Virus record (IMG/VR): IMGVR_UViG_3300045988_059296
Length of the DNA: 47,749 nt
Strand: one strand, 5' to 3'
Source: a virus
This document shows, one piece after another, positions 22,102 through 30,510 of the stretch. The notes under the pieces are model-generated. The model was not told the origin of the DNA and searched no databases. It worked only from the letters and a program-made list of their open reading frames with translations. The position numbers and the translations under genes were made by a program. Numbering within the stretch: position 1 is the stretch's first letter; the number at the start of each line of letters is the position of its first letter.

Positions 22102-22298
22102 AGTGCCGCGAATGTGAATTTGCATCGGTCCACACATACCCGCGCAATGGAAACAGCAACAGCGCCCACGTCGGGCATTTTGGGCAGGAAGCGTCTTTCT
22201 GCAATCACCCGCAATGCCCGCCGCCGGGTCCGCTACTGTTCTACGGGAAGACGGCCCCGCGCTACTGTCCATTGAGAAAGAAAGGTGAAAATACATGA
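22098..22298 (+). CDS. Hypothetical Cys-rich protein (66 aa).
   Basis: RBS GGGAGG. CRECEF...C..PQC motif. Confidence 0.5.
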   Translation: MKCRECEFASVHTYPRNGNSNSAHVGHFGQEASFCNHPQCPPPGPLLFYGKTAPRYCPLRKKGENT

Positions 22299-22759
22299 AC
22301 TATCGACCGAAAGTTGTTCGTTGCCGCCTGAAAACGGGCGGCAAGAGCATTCCACAAATCCGGGAGGAATGCAGAGGGCAAGGCTTGACCTACCGGGACT
22401 TTGAGAATATCCAGAGATCGAACGAAGAGTTCGACGGGCTGGTTGTTCTGCTTTCCTTGTGGGCCTACGACAACCACGCAAGCTATCACCTGCATAATTG
22501 GGACCCGGCGGACGACGAAAGAATGATGATGGCGATTTACTACGCCGAACAGGTACACCCGTTCCCGCGCTACAAAAACGACCTTGTGAAATTCAAGGCG
22601 GATTGGGCGGCGCAGGCATACGACCCCGGCGGCGCGTCCCTGACGTTCGCCCCGGCGGACGTGGAGGAACTGGAAGTTCTCTGCGAGGAAGCGACGGAGC
22701 CGGAACCGCCCGCCCCTCCCGCTCCAAAGCGGAAAAAGCATAAGCGGCGGCGGAAGTGA
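22295..22759 (+). CDS. Hypothetical protein (154 aa) with a Pro-rich, basic C-terminus.
   Basis: Track ORF. ATGA-type coupling. Confidence 0.65.
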   Translation: MNYRPKVVRCRLKTGGKSIPQIREECRGQGLTYRDFENIQRSNEEFDGLVVLLSLWAYDNHASYHLHNWDPADDERMMMAIYYAEQVHPFPRYKNDLVKFKADWAAQAYDPGGASLTFAPADVEELEVLCEEATEPEPPAPPAPKRKKHKRRRK

Positions 22760-22768
22760 ACGGCGGGA

Positions 22769-23335
22769 ATGAAAACCGAAGAAACAAAGCGGCTTGAACG
22801 GGCTATCTGGAAAGCGACGAACAAACAAGGCGTTTTCGGGTGCTTTGAAGTAACGATAGGTTGGTTCGGGAAAGAACGCGTCGATTACATGACCTACGAT
22901 ACAAAGGGCGTTTTCCGTTGCTATGAAATCAAGGTCACAAAGACGGATTTTCATTCGCACTGTCATAATTCGTTTGTCGGCGACCTGAATTATTATGTTC
23001 TTCCGGCTGACCTATACGAAGAGGTCAAAGAAGAAATCCCGGATTTTGTCGGTGCGTATATCGAGCGGGACGGGATAGTATATAGCATTCGCCGGGCGCG
23101 TCGCCGCATGGTTGAAGACCCGGACACGCTGAAAAATTCGATGATACGTTCCCTTTGCCGAGAAGTTACAAAGCAAATCAGGAGCGGCGACACACTCTAC
23201 ATCGAAGCAACAAACCGGGAGATTTCGCAGTTAAAGCGGGAATGCGACAATTTAAGGCGTAAATATTGGGACCTGCTACGCGAAGTTCAAGAACTGTATG
23301 GAACACGTTGGAATAAAGGAGGAAACCGAAAATGA
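22769..23335 (+). CDS. PD-(D/E)xK-type nuclease-like protein (MmcB-like), 188 aa.
   Basis: VDYMTYDTKGVFRCYEIKVTKTDF fits a D...E-x-K core. The C-terminus is coiled-coil. Confidence 0.45.
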   Translation: MKTEETKRLERAIWKATNKQGVFGCFEVTIGWFGKERVDYMTYDTKGVFRCYEIKVTKTDFHSHCHNSFVGDLNYYVLPADLYEEVKEEIPDFVGAYIERDGIVYSIRRARRRMVEDPDTLKNSMIRSLCREVTKQIRSGDTLYIEATNREISQLKRECDNLRRKYWDLLREVQELYGTRWNKGGNRK

Positions 23336-23547
23336 AACTTGCGGCATTCAACGCCGTTTGCCCCTTTGAGATTGGCGACAAAATCGGCATGAGGAAGAAC
23401 GCCTGCGCGGTGGGCGGCAGAACGCTTGACGTTATCGTTGAACGGACTATCACCGACATTGTGTGTATGCACTCCGTCAAAGCCGGAACGGTGAAGTTCC
23501 TGTACGAACTGGACAACGACGGGCGTTTGGTAGAAATCGTTCGTTGA
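23332..23547 (+). CDS. Hypothetical protein (71 aa).
   Basis: Track ORF. ATGA coupling. Confidence 0.55.
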   Translation: MKLAAFNAVCPFEIGDKIGMRKNACAVGGRTLDVIVERTITDIVCMHSVKAGTVKFLYELDNDGRLVEIVR

Positions 23548-23588
23548 CCCGCTTTCGAGCGGGAGAACCACAAAAGGAGGTTTAGACG

Positions 23589-24365
23589 GTGAAGACCATA
23601 TCAATTATCAACCTAAAAGGCGGCGTTGCAAAGACGCTGACCGCTGACAGCATGGCCCACGTCCTCGCAACGTTCCACAACAAGCGTGTTTTGCTTGTGG
23701 ACAACGACAAGCAGGGCAACACGTCAAAGGCATTCGGGGTCCATTCCTACGATGACAAGAGCATTTCGGACGTGCTGACTGCCCGGCGGCTGGACCCGCG
23801 GGAGGTCATCAAGAAGACCCGGTTCGAGAATATCGACGTAATGCCTGCGAACATGACCTTGATTCGGGCGAACATGGAAGTCCTGATGGACAGCACCCGC
23901 CCCCAACAAACGCGCCTGCGGTCCGCCCTGAACGCGATTGCGGAAGAAAACTTTTATGATTTCTGCATCATCGACAACGCCCCGGACATCAACATTTCAA
24001 CGATAAATGCCCTTGTCGCGTCCGACGACGTGATTATTCCCATAAAGATTGACAAGTACGCCTTTGACGGGCTGGAAGAACTGAAAGAACAAATCGAGGA
24101 CACACGGGACGACCTGAACCCGCGCTTGCGCCTTGCCGGGTGCTTGATTACCTGCTTTATCCGCGCCGACGCAGAGAAGCAGGGCGAAGCGTGGTTGCGG
24201 TCCCGCCCGGAATACCCCGTCTTTGACACCCGCATTCGATATTCGGATAAAGTCACCGAAAGCACCTTTTCGGAAATCCCTATCGTGGAGTACAGCCGCC
24301 GGAGCGGAACCGCGATGGACTATATCGCATTCGTTCAGGAATACTTACGGAGGGGTAAACAATGA
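23589..24365 (+). CDS. parA: ParA/Soj-type partition ATPase.
   Basis: Deviant Walker A in NLKGGVAKTLTA, plus LLVDNDKQGN. GTG start after AAAGGAGG. Confidence 0.9.
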   Translation: MKTISIINLKGGVAKTLTADSMAHVLATFHNKRVLLVDNDKQGNTSKAFGVHSYDDKSISDVLTARRLDPREVIKKTRFENIDVMPANMTLIRANMEVLMDSTRPQQTRLRSALNAIAEENFYDFCIIDNAPDINISTINALVASDDVIIPIKIDKYAFDGLEELKEQIEDTRDDLNPRLRLAGCLITCFIRADAEKQGEAWLRSRPEYPVFDTRIRYSDKVTESTFSEIPIVEYSRRSGTAMDYIAFVQEYLRRGKQ

Positions 24366-24574
24366 CGGAGAAAACGGCGGTCCCGGAATACTGCCGGGGC
24401 GGGAAGAAAATCCGCGCGTATCAATGCGGGATTTGCGACCGACTGGACGTTGACGACATTTCCGACAAGCGGTTCTGCCGCGCCGGGTATTGGCCCGGTT
24501 GCGGCGACCCCGACGGTTGCCGGGAAGCATTCAAACCGATAACAGGCCGCGGGCGCATCGGCGTTCACCGCTAA
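24362..24574 (+). CDS. Hypothetical Cys-rich protein (70 aa) between parA and parB.
   Basis: ATGA coupling with parA. Confidence 0.55.
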   Translation: MTEKTAVPEYCRGGKKIRAYQCGICDRLDVDDISDKRFCRAGYWPGCGDPDGCREAFKPITGRGRIGVHR

Positions 24575-24577
24575 AAT

Positions 24578-24590
24578 GTCCGATTCGGAC
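24578..24590. promoter_or_regulatory. Palindrome GTCCGATTCGGAC immediately upstream of parB, a candidate centromere/parS-like or operator site.
   Basis: Read directly. It is the same 13-mer as at 8046-8058 and 39620-39632. Confidence 0.5.
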
Positions 24591-24605
24591 GGAAAGGGGC
24601 TATCT

Positions 24606-25787
24606 ATGGGAAGATTTAATTTGAACCAGATTTTGAGTGACACGTCAAAGGCGGCGGCGGGCGGCGGGGGTGCAAAGCCCCGCCCCTCTGAAAGCCGCTA
24701 TGAGAAATTGAGCGTCTTTGACCTTGTACCGTCGGAGGACAATTTCTATTCCATGCGGGAAATCGGGGAACTGAAAGCGGCAATCGAAATCGCCGGGAAA
24801 GTTCTTCAAAACCTTGTCGTCGTTCCGCTGGGCGACGGCAAGTACAAGGTCATTGCCGGGCATCGCCGCCGCCTTGCTTCTATCGAACTTGTGAACGATG
24901 GGAAGCCAGAATACGAATTCGTTCCATGCGTCATCGAACCGACAGAGGAAGCGGCGGACGAACAGGAAATACGCGACGGGCTGGACCTGATCGTTACCAA
25001 CTCGCAGAGAGAAAAGACCGCATGGGACAAAATCGAAGAGGTTCGCTATCTGCGGGAGGTTTTGGAGAAAGCGAAAACAAAGCCCCGGTTCGTCGAACTG
25101 TTGCGCCGCATCGTCGAAAAGACGTTTGAAGACGGAGAGTTACAGACGGACGGGACCCGCGATTTTATCGCAAAGGTGCTTCATACCAGCACAACGCAGA
25201 TTGGACGATATGACACCATCATTCGCCATTTGTCCCCGGAATTCACGGAGGAACTGAAAGCGGACCGCATCAACCTTTCGACCGCCTACGAATTGGCGGG
25301 CCTGCCTGCGGAGAACCAGAACGCCGCCTTTAAGGAATATCACCTGACCGGGGCAATTTCTATCAAGGCCGCGCGGGAATGGAAACGTCCTGCCCTGCCT
25401 GCACCGCCCGCAGAGGACACCGCCACACCTACGCAGGCAGAACGCCCACAGAAAGAGCGGGAACCCGTAGTCGAGCGGGACAAAGTGCCGGACACGCAGG
25501 CCACGCCGCCGTATAGCGCCGCTGTGGAGCGGGACACCGCAGACGGGACGCAGGACACGAAGCCGACCGAAAGCACCCAGCAGAGCGCACCACGCCGCCC
25601 GCAGGCTACCAGAAGTAGCGAATGCGGGATTTGCCCGTATTGCGGGGCGAAGTTTGACGCGGCAAAAGTTATCGAATACAACATTCGCGGCGCGGCGGAG
25701 GGAAAGCCGCACACCTGCCAACATTGCGGACAGCGGGTGAAAATCTTTTGTTCGGTTTCTTATTTCTGTTCCCCGGCGGAAGAGTGA
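24606..25787 (+). CDS. parB: ParB-like partition/nuclease-domain protein with a C-terminal zinc ribbon.
   Basis: LQNLVVVPLGDGKYKVIAGHRRRLAS is a ParB N-terminal box. C-terminal CGICPYC...CQHC. ATG 24606 follows GGAAAGGGG; the alternative start is 24576. Confidence 0.85.
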   Translation: MGRFNLNQILSDTSKAAAGGGGAKPRPSESRYEKLSVFDLVPSEDNFYSMREIGELKAAIEIAGKVLQNLVVVPLGDGKYKVIAGHRRRLASIELVNDGKPEYEFVPCVIEPTEEAADEQEIRDGLDLIVTNSQREKTAWDKIEEVRYLREVLEKAKTKPRFVELLRRIVEKTFEDGELQTDGTRDFIAKVLHTSTTQIGRYDTIIRHLSPEFTEELKADRINLSTAYELAGLPAENQNAAFKEYHLTGAISIKAAREWKRPALPAPPAEDTATPTQAERPQKEREPVVERDKVPDTQATPPYSAAVERDTADGTQDTKPTESTQQSAPRRPQATRSSECGICPYCGAKFDAAKVIEYNIRGAAEGKPHTCQHCGQRVKIFCSVSYFCSPAEE

Positions 25788-25796
25788 GGGGCGCAG

Positions 25797-26153
25797 ATGG
25801 ACGAATACACGACCGATTATCTGGAAGCCGCGGCGGAGGAAGCAGAGCGTTTCCGTGAAGCCGCGATGATACTTGCGGAGCAGGCGGGCGTATCAGCGGA
25901 AGAAGCCATATACCGCATTCGAGAAGCGTTGCAGGTCATACGGGACGTAATCACGTCCATTACGGACACACCGACAAACGCAGTTGAAAAACTCATCACG
26001 CAAGTTGAAGAAGCCGTAGCACAGGCAGAGCCGAAGCACAGCCGCAGGAAACAGCGGAGGGAGCGGGCCGCGCTGATTGAACGGCGGTACATGGTCCAAA
26101 TCAGACATTACGAGCGGGCGCACCCTTTCCGCAGGGTATATAAGCCGCCTTGA
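25797..26153 (+). CDS. Hypothetical helical protein (118 aa).
   Basis: Track ORF. Confidence 0.65.
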   Translation: MDEYTTDYLEAAAEEAERFREAAMILAEQAGVSAEEAIYRIREALQVIRDVITSITDTPTNAVEKLITQVEEAVAQAEPKHSRRKQRRERAALIERRYMVQIRHYERAHPFRRVYKPP

Positions 26154-26181
26154 TAGAGCAGGAACAGGAGGAAACGGAGCA

Positions 26182-26655
26182 ATGAAGCAAGAAAGAGTTA
26201 TTGCTATTCTGGATTTTTACCGGGATATAGATAAAACAGTCACCATGAACGAGCGAGTTATTCGGAACCTTGAAGATCAATACTATTCCACGTTGGGCGC
26301 GGTGAATTCCGACGGTATGCCACACGGGAAAGGCGGGGTTTCAAACCCTGTCGAACGCGTCGTGCTGAATATCCCGCAGTCCGTTTCCGACACTATCGCA
26401 AATATGCGCCGGGAAAACGAAAGGCTGACCGCGATAAAGGGCGAAATTCTTTCGGAGTTGAACGCCCTGAACTACCGCGAAAAAGCGGTGATTTACGGCT
26501 TTTACATAGACGGGCTTCAATGGGAACGTCTTTCGCAACGCGTAAATTACAGCCCGCGGCAATGCCGGAATATCCGAAACATTGCGTTGGATAGATTGGC
26601 AAAGCGCTTTGAGCAGAACAAGCGGATTTCCCGCTACGTCTTCCCGGAAAAATAA
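26182..26655 (+). CDS. Sigma-70 region-4-like late transcription regulator (RinA/ArpU/ECF-like), 157 aa.
   Basis: The C-terminus LNYREKAVIYGFYIDGLQWERLSQRVNYSPRQCRNIRNIALDRLAKRF resembles a region 4 HTH. RBS AGGAGG. It lies directly upstream of the packaging genes. Confidence 0.6.
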   Translation: MKQERVIAILDFYRDIDKTVTMNERVIRNLEDQYYSTLGAVNSDGMPHGKGGVSNPVERVVLNIPQSVSDTIANMRRENERLTAIKGEILSELNALNYREKAVIYGFYIDGLQWERLSQRVNYSPRQCRNIRNIALDRLAKRFEQNKRISRYVFPEK

Positions 26656-26682
26656 GATTGCCACCTATTGCCCGTTTTTCCT

Positions 26683-26691
26683 GCTATAATT
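26683..26691 (+). promoter_or_regulatory. Extended -10 promoter element TGcTATAAT upstream of the packaging/late operon.
   Basis: Read directly. No good -35 box at 17 nt. Confidence 0.5.
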
Positions 26692-26760
26692 GGCATTGTG
26701 AAAAGTGAACACAACGATACGGGCGGCGCATTCCTCCACGCCGCCGGAAGCCTGAAAACG

Positions 26761-26790
26761 GACCATGTTTTGAACATGGCCCGTTTTTTA
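26761..26790 (+). terminator. Rho-independent terminator inside the late-operon leader.
   Basis: ggaccatgtt-ttg-aacatggccc followed by gtttttt. It is preceded by a second hairpin (ggcggcg 26723-26729 / cgccgcc 26741-26747). Confidence 0.65.
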
Positions 26791-26855
26791 CGCACTTCCG
26801 CGGCAACGCCCAGAACGAAAAATGAAAAACAAACGAAAGGGGGCGCGGCGGACGC

Positions 26856-27794
26856 ATGGCAAGAGAGCGAAACCCGGAACGTGACAAAGCCCGGCGGATA
26901 TGGCTTGATTCTGGCGGAACGCTGACGGCCCGACAGGTTGCGGAGCAAGTCGGCGTAAAGCCTGAACAGGTCCGCAAATGGAAAAGCCTTGATAGCTGGG
27001 CGGCGGAACTTGAAGCGCAGAAACCACCGCGGAAGCGCGGCGGACAACCCGGCAATAAGAACGCCGCAGGTGCGGGCGCTCCACACGGGAACCGAAACGC
27101 GGAAACCCACGGCGCATATTCAACGGTTCGCCTTGCGGACCTCCCGGACGAACAGCGCGAATACATCGAAAGTATCACGCTTGACACGGGAACGAATATG
27201 CTTTCTGAATTGCAACTTCTGATTGCAAAGGAAGCCGACCTGCAAAGCAAGATTACAAAGATAGAGAACGGCGACCCGGACGCGCTGTATATTGACCGCG
27301 TTGTTGAAATGTGTGCGCCAAAGAGTACGGAGCGTTTGGAGCAACAGCAAGAGAAACTGGAAACCCTGCGCCGTAAGCGTGATGACCTGACGTGGGAGAT
27401 TGACAGCGGCCCGGATGGTAAGCCGCCGTCAAAGGCAAAGCAAAAGCAACTGGACGCATTACAACGCGAAATAGCCGCGCTGGAAGATACCACGGCAGAC
27501 CGTCAAATGGAGTTGGAGAAATCCAGTTACAAAGTCAATATGCAAACAGTCATCAAGGCAAGCGCGTTTGATCGCGCTATGAAACTGGAAGCCGAACTGA
27601 ACAAGATACACGGGCGTATCATCAAGCTACTTGATTCTATCAAGGGTTATGAGATGGAAAGCCGCCGCCTGCGCCTTGAAGAGCGCAAATATAATCTTGC
27701 GAAGCAAAAACTATCAGGAGCGTTCGACGTTGACCCTGAAACGGGCGAAATCATCGACGAAGTGGACGACCCGTGCGGCGACCCGGAAATTTGA
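26856..27794 (+). CDS. Terminase small-subunit-like HTH protein with a long coiled-coil C-terminus (312 aa).
   Basis: N-terminal HTH (LTARQVAEQVGVKPEQVRKWKSLDSW) followed by GGQPGNKNAAGAGAPHGNRNAETHG. I recall this pattern from Firmicutes phage TerS proteins. Confidence 0.5.
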   Translation: MARERNPERDKARRIWLDSGGTLTARQVAEQVGVKPEQVRKWKSLDSWAAELEAQKPPRKRGGQPGNKNAAGAGAPHGNRNAETHGAYSTVRLADLPDEQREYIESITLDTGTNMLSELQLLIAKEADLQSKITKIENGDPDALYIDRVVEMCAPKSTERLEQQQEKLETLRRKRDDLTWEIDSGPDGKPPSKAKQKQLDALQREIAALEDTTADRQMELEKSSYKVNMQTVIKASAFDRAMKLEAELNKIHGRIIKLLDSIKGYEMESRRLRLEERKYNLAKQKLSGAFDVDPETGEIIDEVDDPCGDPEI

Positions 27795-27845
27795 AATAGG
27801 TTCTTTCGGCGGAGCCTACGGCCTGCGGGTCCGCGACGCCCGGCG

Positions 27846-27916
27846 TTTTTTTAGCCACGAAATTTTTTTGAACGCTTCCGGGCCGTGCCGATTTTTTCAG
27901 TATGGGGGTGTTTTTT
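27846..27916. other. Cluster of four T6-7 tracts (27846, 27864, 27892, 27911) after a GC-rich block. A candidate bent DNA / cos-pac recognition region upstream of the Nu1-like gene.
   Basis: Read directly. By analogy, lambda cos lies immediately upstream of Nu1. Confidence 0.3.
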
Positions 27917-27949
27917 CGAGAAATAAGGGCTTGGGAGGGGTGAAAAACC

Positions 27950-28444
27950 GTGAAACTTTACGACGTGCGGGCGATTGCCCGGTTTCTGGACGTGTCAGAA
28001 CGGCGTGTCCGGCAGTTGCGCGACGAAAAAGTGATAGCGGAGGTTCGCCCCGGCCTGTATGACCTGATCGACACGAACCACCGCTATATTAACTACCTCC
28101 GAAAGCGAAACCCGGAGGGCGACGAAACCATAGATTACAACACGGAGCGGGCGAAGCTGGTTCGGGCGAAGCGCAAAAACGAAGAGTACGAATTGCAGTT
28201 GAAAGAAAATCAGCTTCACGCGGCGGAGGACATCGAAGCCGTTATGACTGATATGTTGGTAAACTTCAAATCCCGGCTTATGGCGATTCCCTCGAAGCTG
28301 GCCCCGGTCCTTTGTAAAAAGACGGACAAGGCGGAAATTTTCGCCCTGCTGAAAGACCACATCGACGAAGCGTTGATGGAACTTTCGGACTTCAAAGCAA
28401 CATTCGGGGAAAGGGTGAAAGAAGATGAAAAAAGCGACGGTTGA
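27950..28444 (+). CDS. terS: Terminase small subunit, Nu1-like.
   Basis: N-terminal winged HTH (IARFLDVSERRVRQLRDEKVI) followed by coiled-coil. GTG start after GGGAGGGGTG. It overlaps the start of the GpA-type large subunit. Confidence 0.6.
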   Translation: MKLYDVRAIARFLDVSERRVRQLRDEKVIAEVRPGLYDLIDTNHRYINYLRKRNPEGDETIDYNTERAKLVRAKRKNEEYELQLKENQLHAAEDIEAVMTDMLVNFKSRLMAIPSKLAPVLCKKTDKAEIFALLKDHIDEALMELSDFKATFGERVKEDEKSDG

Positions 28445-30245
28445 CCTGTTCACCCGCATTTTCTCCGTTCTGGCCCCGCCCCCCAACATGACCGTTTCAC
28501 AATGGGCGGACAAATACCGCCGCTTGTCCTCCGAATCATCGGCAGAGCCGGGGCGATGGCGCACGTCAAAGGCCCCGTATCAACGCGAAATCATGGACGC
28601 AGTATGCGACATGAGGGTTCAGAAAGTCGTTATCATGTCCGCGGCGCAGATCGGTAAAACCGACGCGCTTATATTAAATCCTATCGGCTACTATATGCAC
28701 TACGACCCGTCACCGATTATGGTTATGCAACCAACTATTCAGATGGCGGAAACATTCAGCAAAGACCGTCTTTCACCTATGTTGCGCGATACCCCGGTTC
28801 TGCGCGACAAGGTGAACGACAAAAGCCGGAACAGCGGCAACACCATTTTGCAAAAAATCTTTCCGGGCGGTCATGTAACGATGGTAGGCGCAAATTCGCC
28901 GTCGTCCCTTGCGTCCCGCCCTATCCGTATTCTGCTTGCGGACGAAATCGACCGATACCCGGCGACGGCGGGCAACGAGGGCGACCCTCTGTTACTTGCC
29001 GGAAAGCGTCTTGCGACGTTTTGGAATAAAAAAGAAGTCTGCGTTTCGACCCCTACCAACAAGGAAACGTCCCGCATCGCTGTTGAATTTGAACACAGCA
29101 CGCAAGAAGAATGGAACGTACCTTGTCCGGCCTGCGGAGCATTCACGCCCCTATTGTGGGCGAACATCGTATTTGACCGGGACAAGCTGGACGAAATCGG
29201 CTGTACCTGCCCGGCCTGCGGCGTGGTTTCCAGCGAAACGGAGTGGAAAGAACAGTACATCAACGGAAAATTCGTTGCGGCCCACCCGGAACGAAAGGTC
29301 CGGGGCTTCCACCTAAACGCCCTTGCTTCCCTGTTCGTGGATTGGCGGGAAATCGTTGAAAAGTTCCTGACTGCGAACGAAGAGAAGAAAAAAGGCAACA
29401 TCGAACTTCTGAAAGTCTGGACAAATACCGAAATGGGCGAAACGTGGGAAGAGGACGGAGAACAGATCGAAACGGACGACCTCTACAAGCGCCGCGAAAA
29501 GTATAATTGCGAAGTGCCGGAAGAAGTTCTTGTGCTGACGGCGGGCGTTGACGTTCAGGACGACCGTTTTGAAGCGGAAGTCGTCGGCTGGGGCGTGGAC
29601 AAGGAAAGTTGGGGCATCAAGTATCAAGTCATTTACGGCGATTTGAAGCTAAAGCCCGTATGGGACGAACTGGACCGCTTTCTTTCACAGACGTTCACAA
29701 CGGCAGACGGAAGACACCTGAAAATCATTTGCGCCTGCGTCGATTCCGGCGGACACTTCACGACGCAGGTTTACCGCTTCTGCAAGGAGCGGACAGCCCG
29801 CCGCGTGTTTGCAATCAAGGGCAAGGGCGGCGCGGAAGTCCCGTACTTCAACCGACCGTCAACGGCAAACAACATCAAAACCCCGCTTTTTACCGTGGGC
29901 GTTGATACAGGCAAGGCGCTTTTATATCAGCGTTTGGCGGTGCAGGAAGAGGGGCCGAATTACTGCCACTTCCCGCGGGAGAAAGACCGGGGATATACGC
30001 AGGAATACTTCAAGGGCCTAACCGCCGAAAAAATGGTTATCAGCTACAAGCGGGGCAAAGCACAATACGTCTGGACCCTGAAAGACGGCGGCTACAAGCG
30101 AAACGAGCCGTTGGACATTCGGAACTATGCGACCGTCGCGCTGGAAATCGCAAACCCGATTTTGAAGCCGCCGGAGCATGACACCACCGCACCCGCCCCG
30201 CGGCGGCGCGGCAGGCGTTCACGGACGAACGGAGGAATTCTATAA
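28425..30245 (+). CDS. terL: Terminase large subunit, lambda GpA family.
   Basis: 606 aa. VSQWADKYRRLSSESSAEPGRWRTSKAPYQREIMDA, a Walker-A-like AAQIGKTD, and Zn-finger-like CPACG...CPACG. Confidence 0.9.
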   Translation: MKKATVDLFTRIFSVLAPPPNMTVSQWADKYRRLSSESSAEPGRWRTSKAPYQREIMDAVCDMRVQKVVIMSAAQIGKTDALILNPIGYYMHYDPSPIMVMQPTIQMAETFSKDRLSPMLRDTPVLRDKVNDKSRNSGNTILQKIFPGGHVTMVGANSPSSLASRPIRILLADEIDRYPATAGNEGDPLLLAGKRLATFWNKKEVCVSTPTNKETSRIAVEFEHSTQEEWNVPCPACGAFTPLLWANIVFDRDKLDEIGCTCPACGVVSSETEWKEQYINGKFVAAHPERKVRGFHLNALASLFVDWREIVEKFLTANEEKKKGNIELLKVWTNTEMGETWEEDGEQIETDDLYKRREKYNCEVPEEVLVLTAGVDVQDDRFEAEVVGWGVDKESWGIKYQVIYGDLKLKPVWDELDRFLSQTFTTADGRHLKIICACVDSGGHFTTQVYRFCKERTARRVFAIKGKGGAEVPYFNRPSTANNIKTPLFTVGVDTGKALLYQRLAVQEEGPNYCHFPREKDRGYTQEYFKGLTAEKMVISYKRGKAQYVWTLKDGGYKRNEPLDIRNYATVALEIANPILKPPEHDTTAPAPRRRGRRSRTNGGIL

Positions 30246-30491
30246 ATGGCTACATCACAGAAAGCGCGGCTTGAAATCGCGCGAAAACACCTTGAAGCGT
30301 GGCTTGCCGCCGAATTGGAGGTAACAACGCATCAAAGCTATACCATCGGTTCGCGGAGCTTGACGAAAGCCGACCTTTCCGAAATCGGCGAACGCATCAA
30401 GTATTGGACGAATGAGGTTTCCCGGCTGGAAAACATCGAAGCCCGCGGCGGAAGAAACCGCGTGTTCCGGGTAGTGCCGCGGGACCTGTGA
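30246..30491 (+). CDS. Head-tail joining protein, lambda gpW-like.
   Basis: 81 aa between the GpA-type terminase and a lambda-family portal, which is the conserved synteny. Confidence 0.5.
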   Translation: MATSQKARLEIARKHLEAWLAAELEVTTHQSYTIGSRSLTKADLSEIGERIKYWTNEVSRLENIEARGGRNRVFRVVPRDL

Positions 30492-30510
30492 GAAAGGACG
30501 GTGAAGCGGT

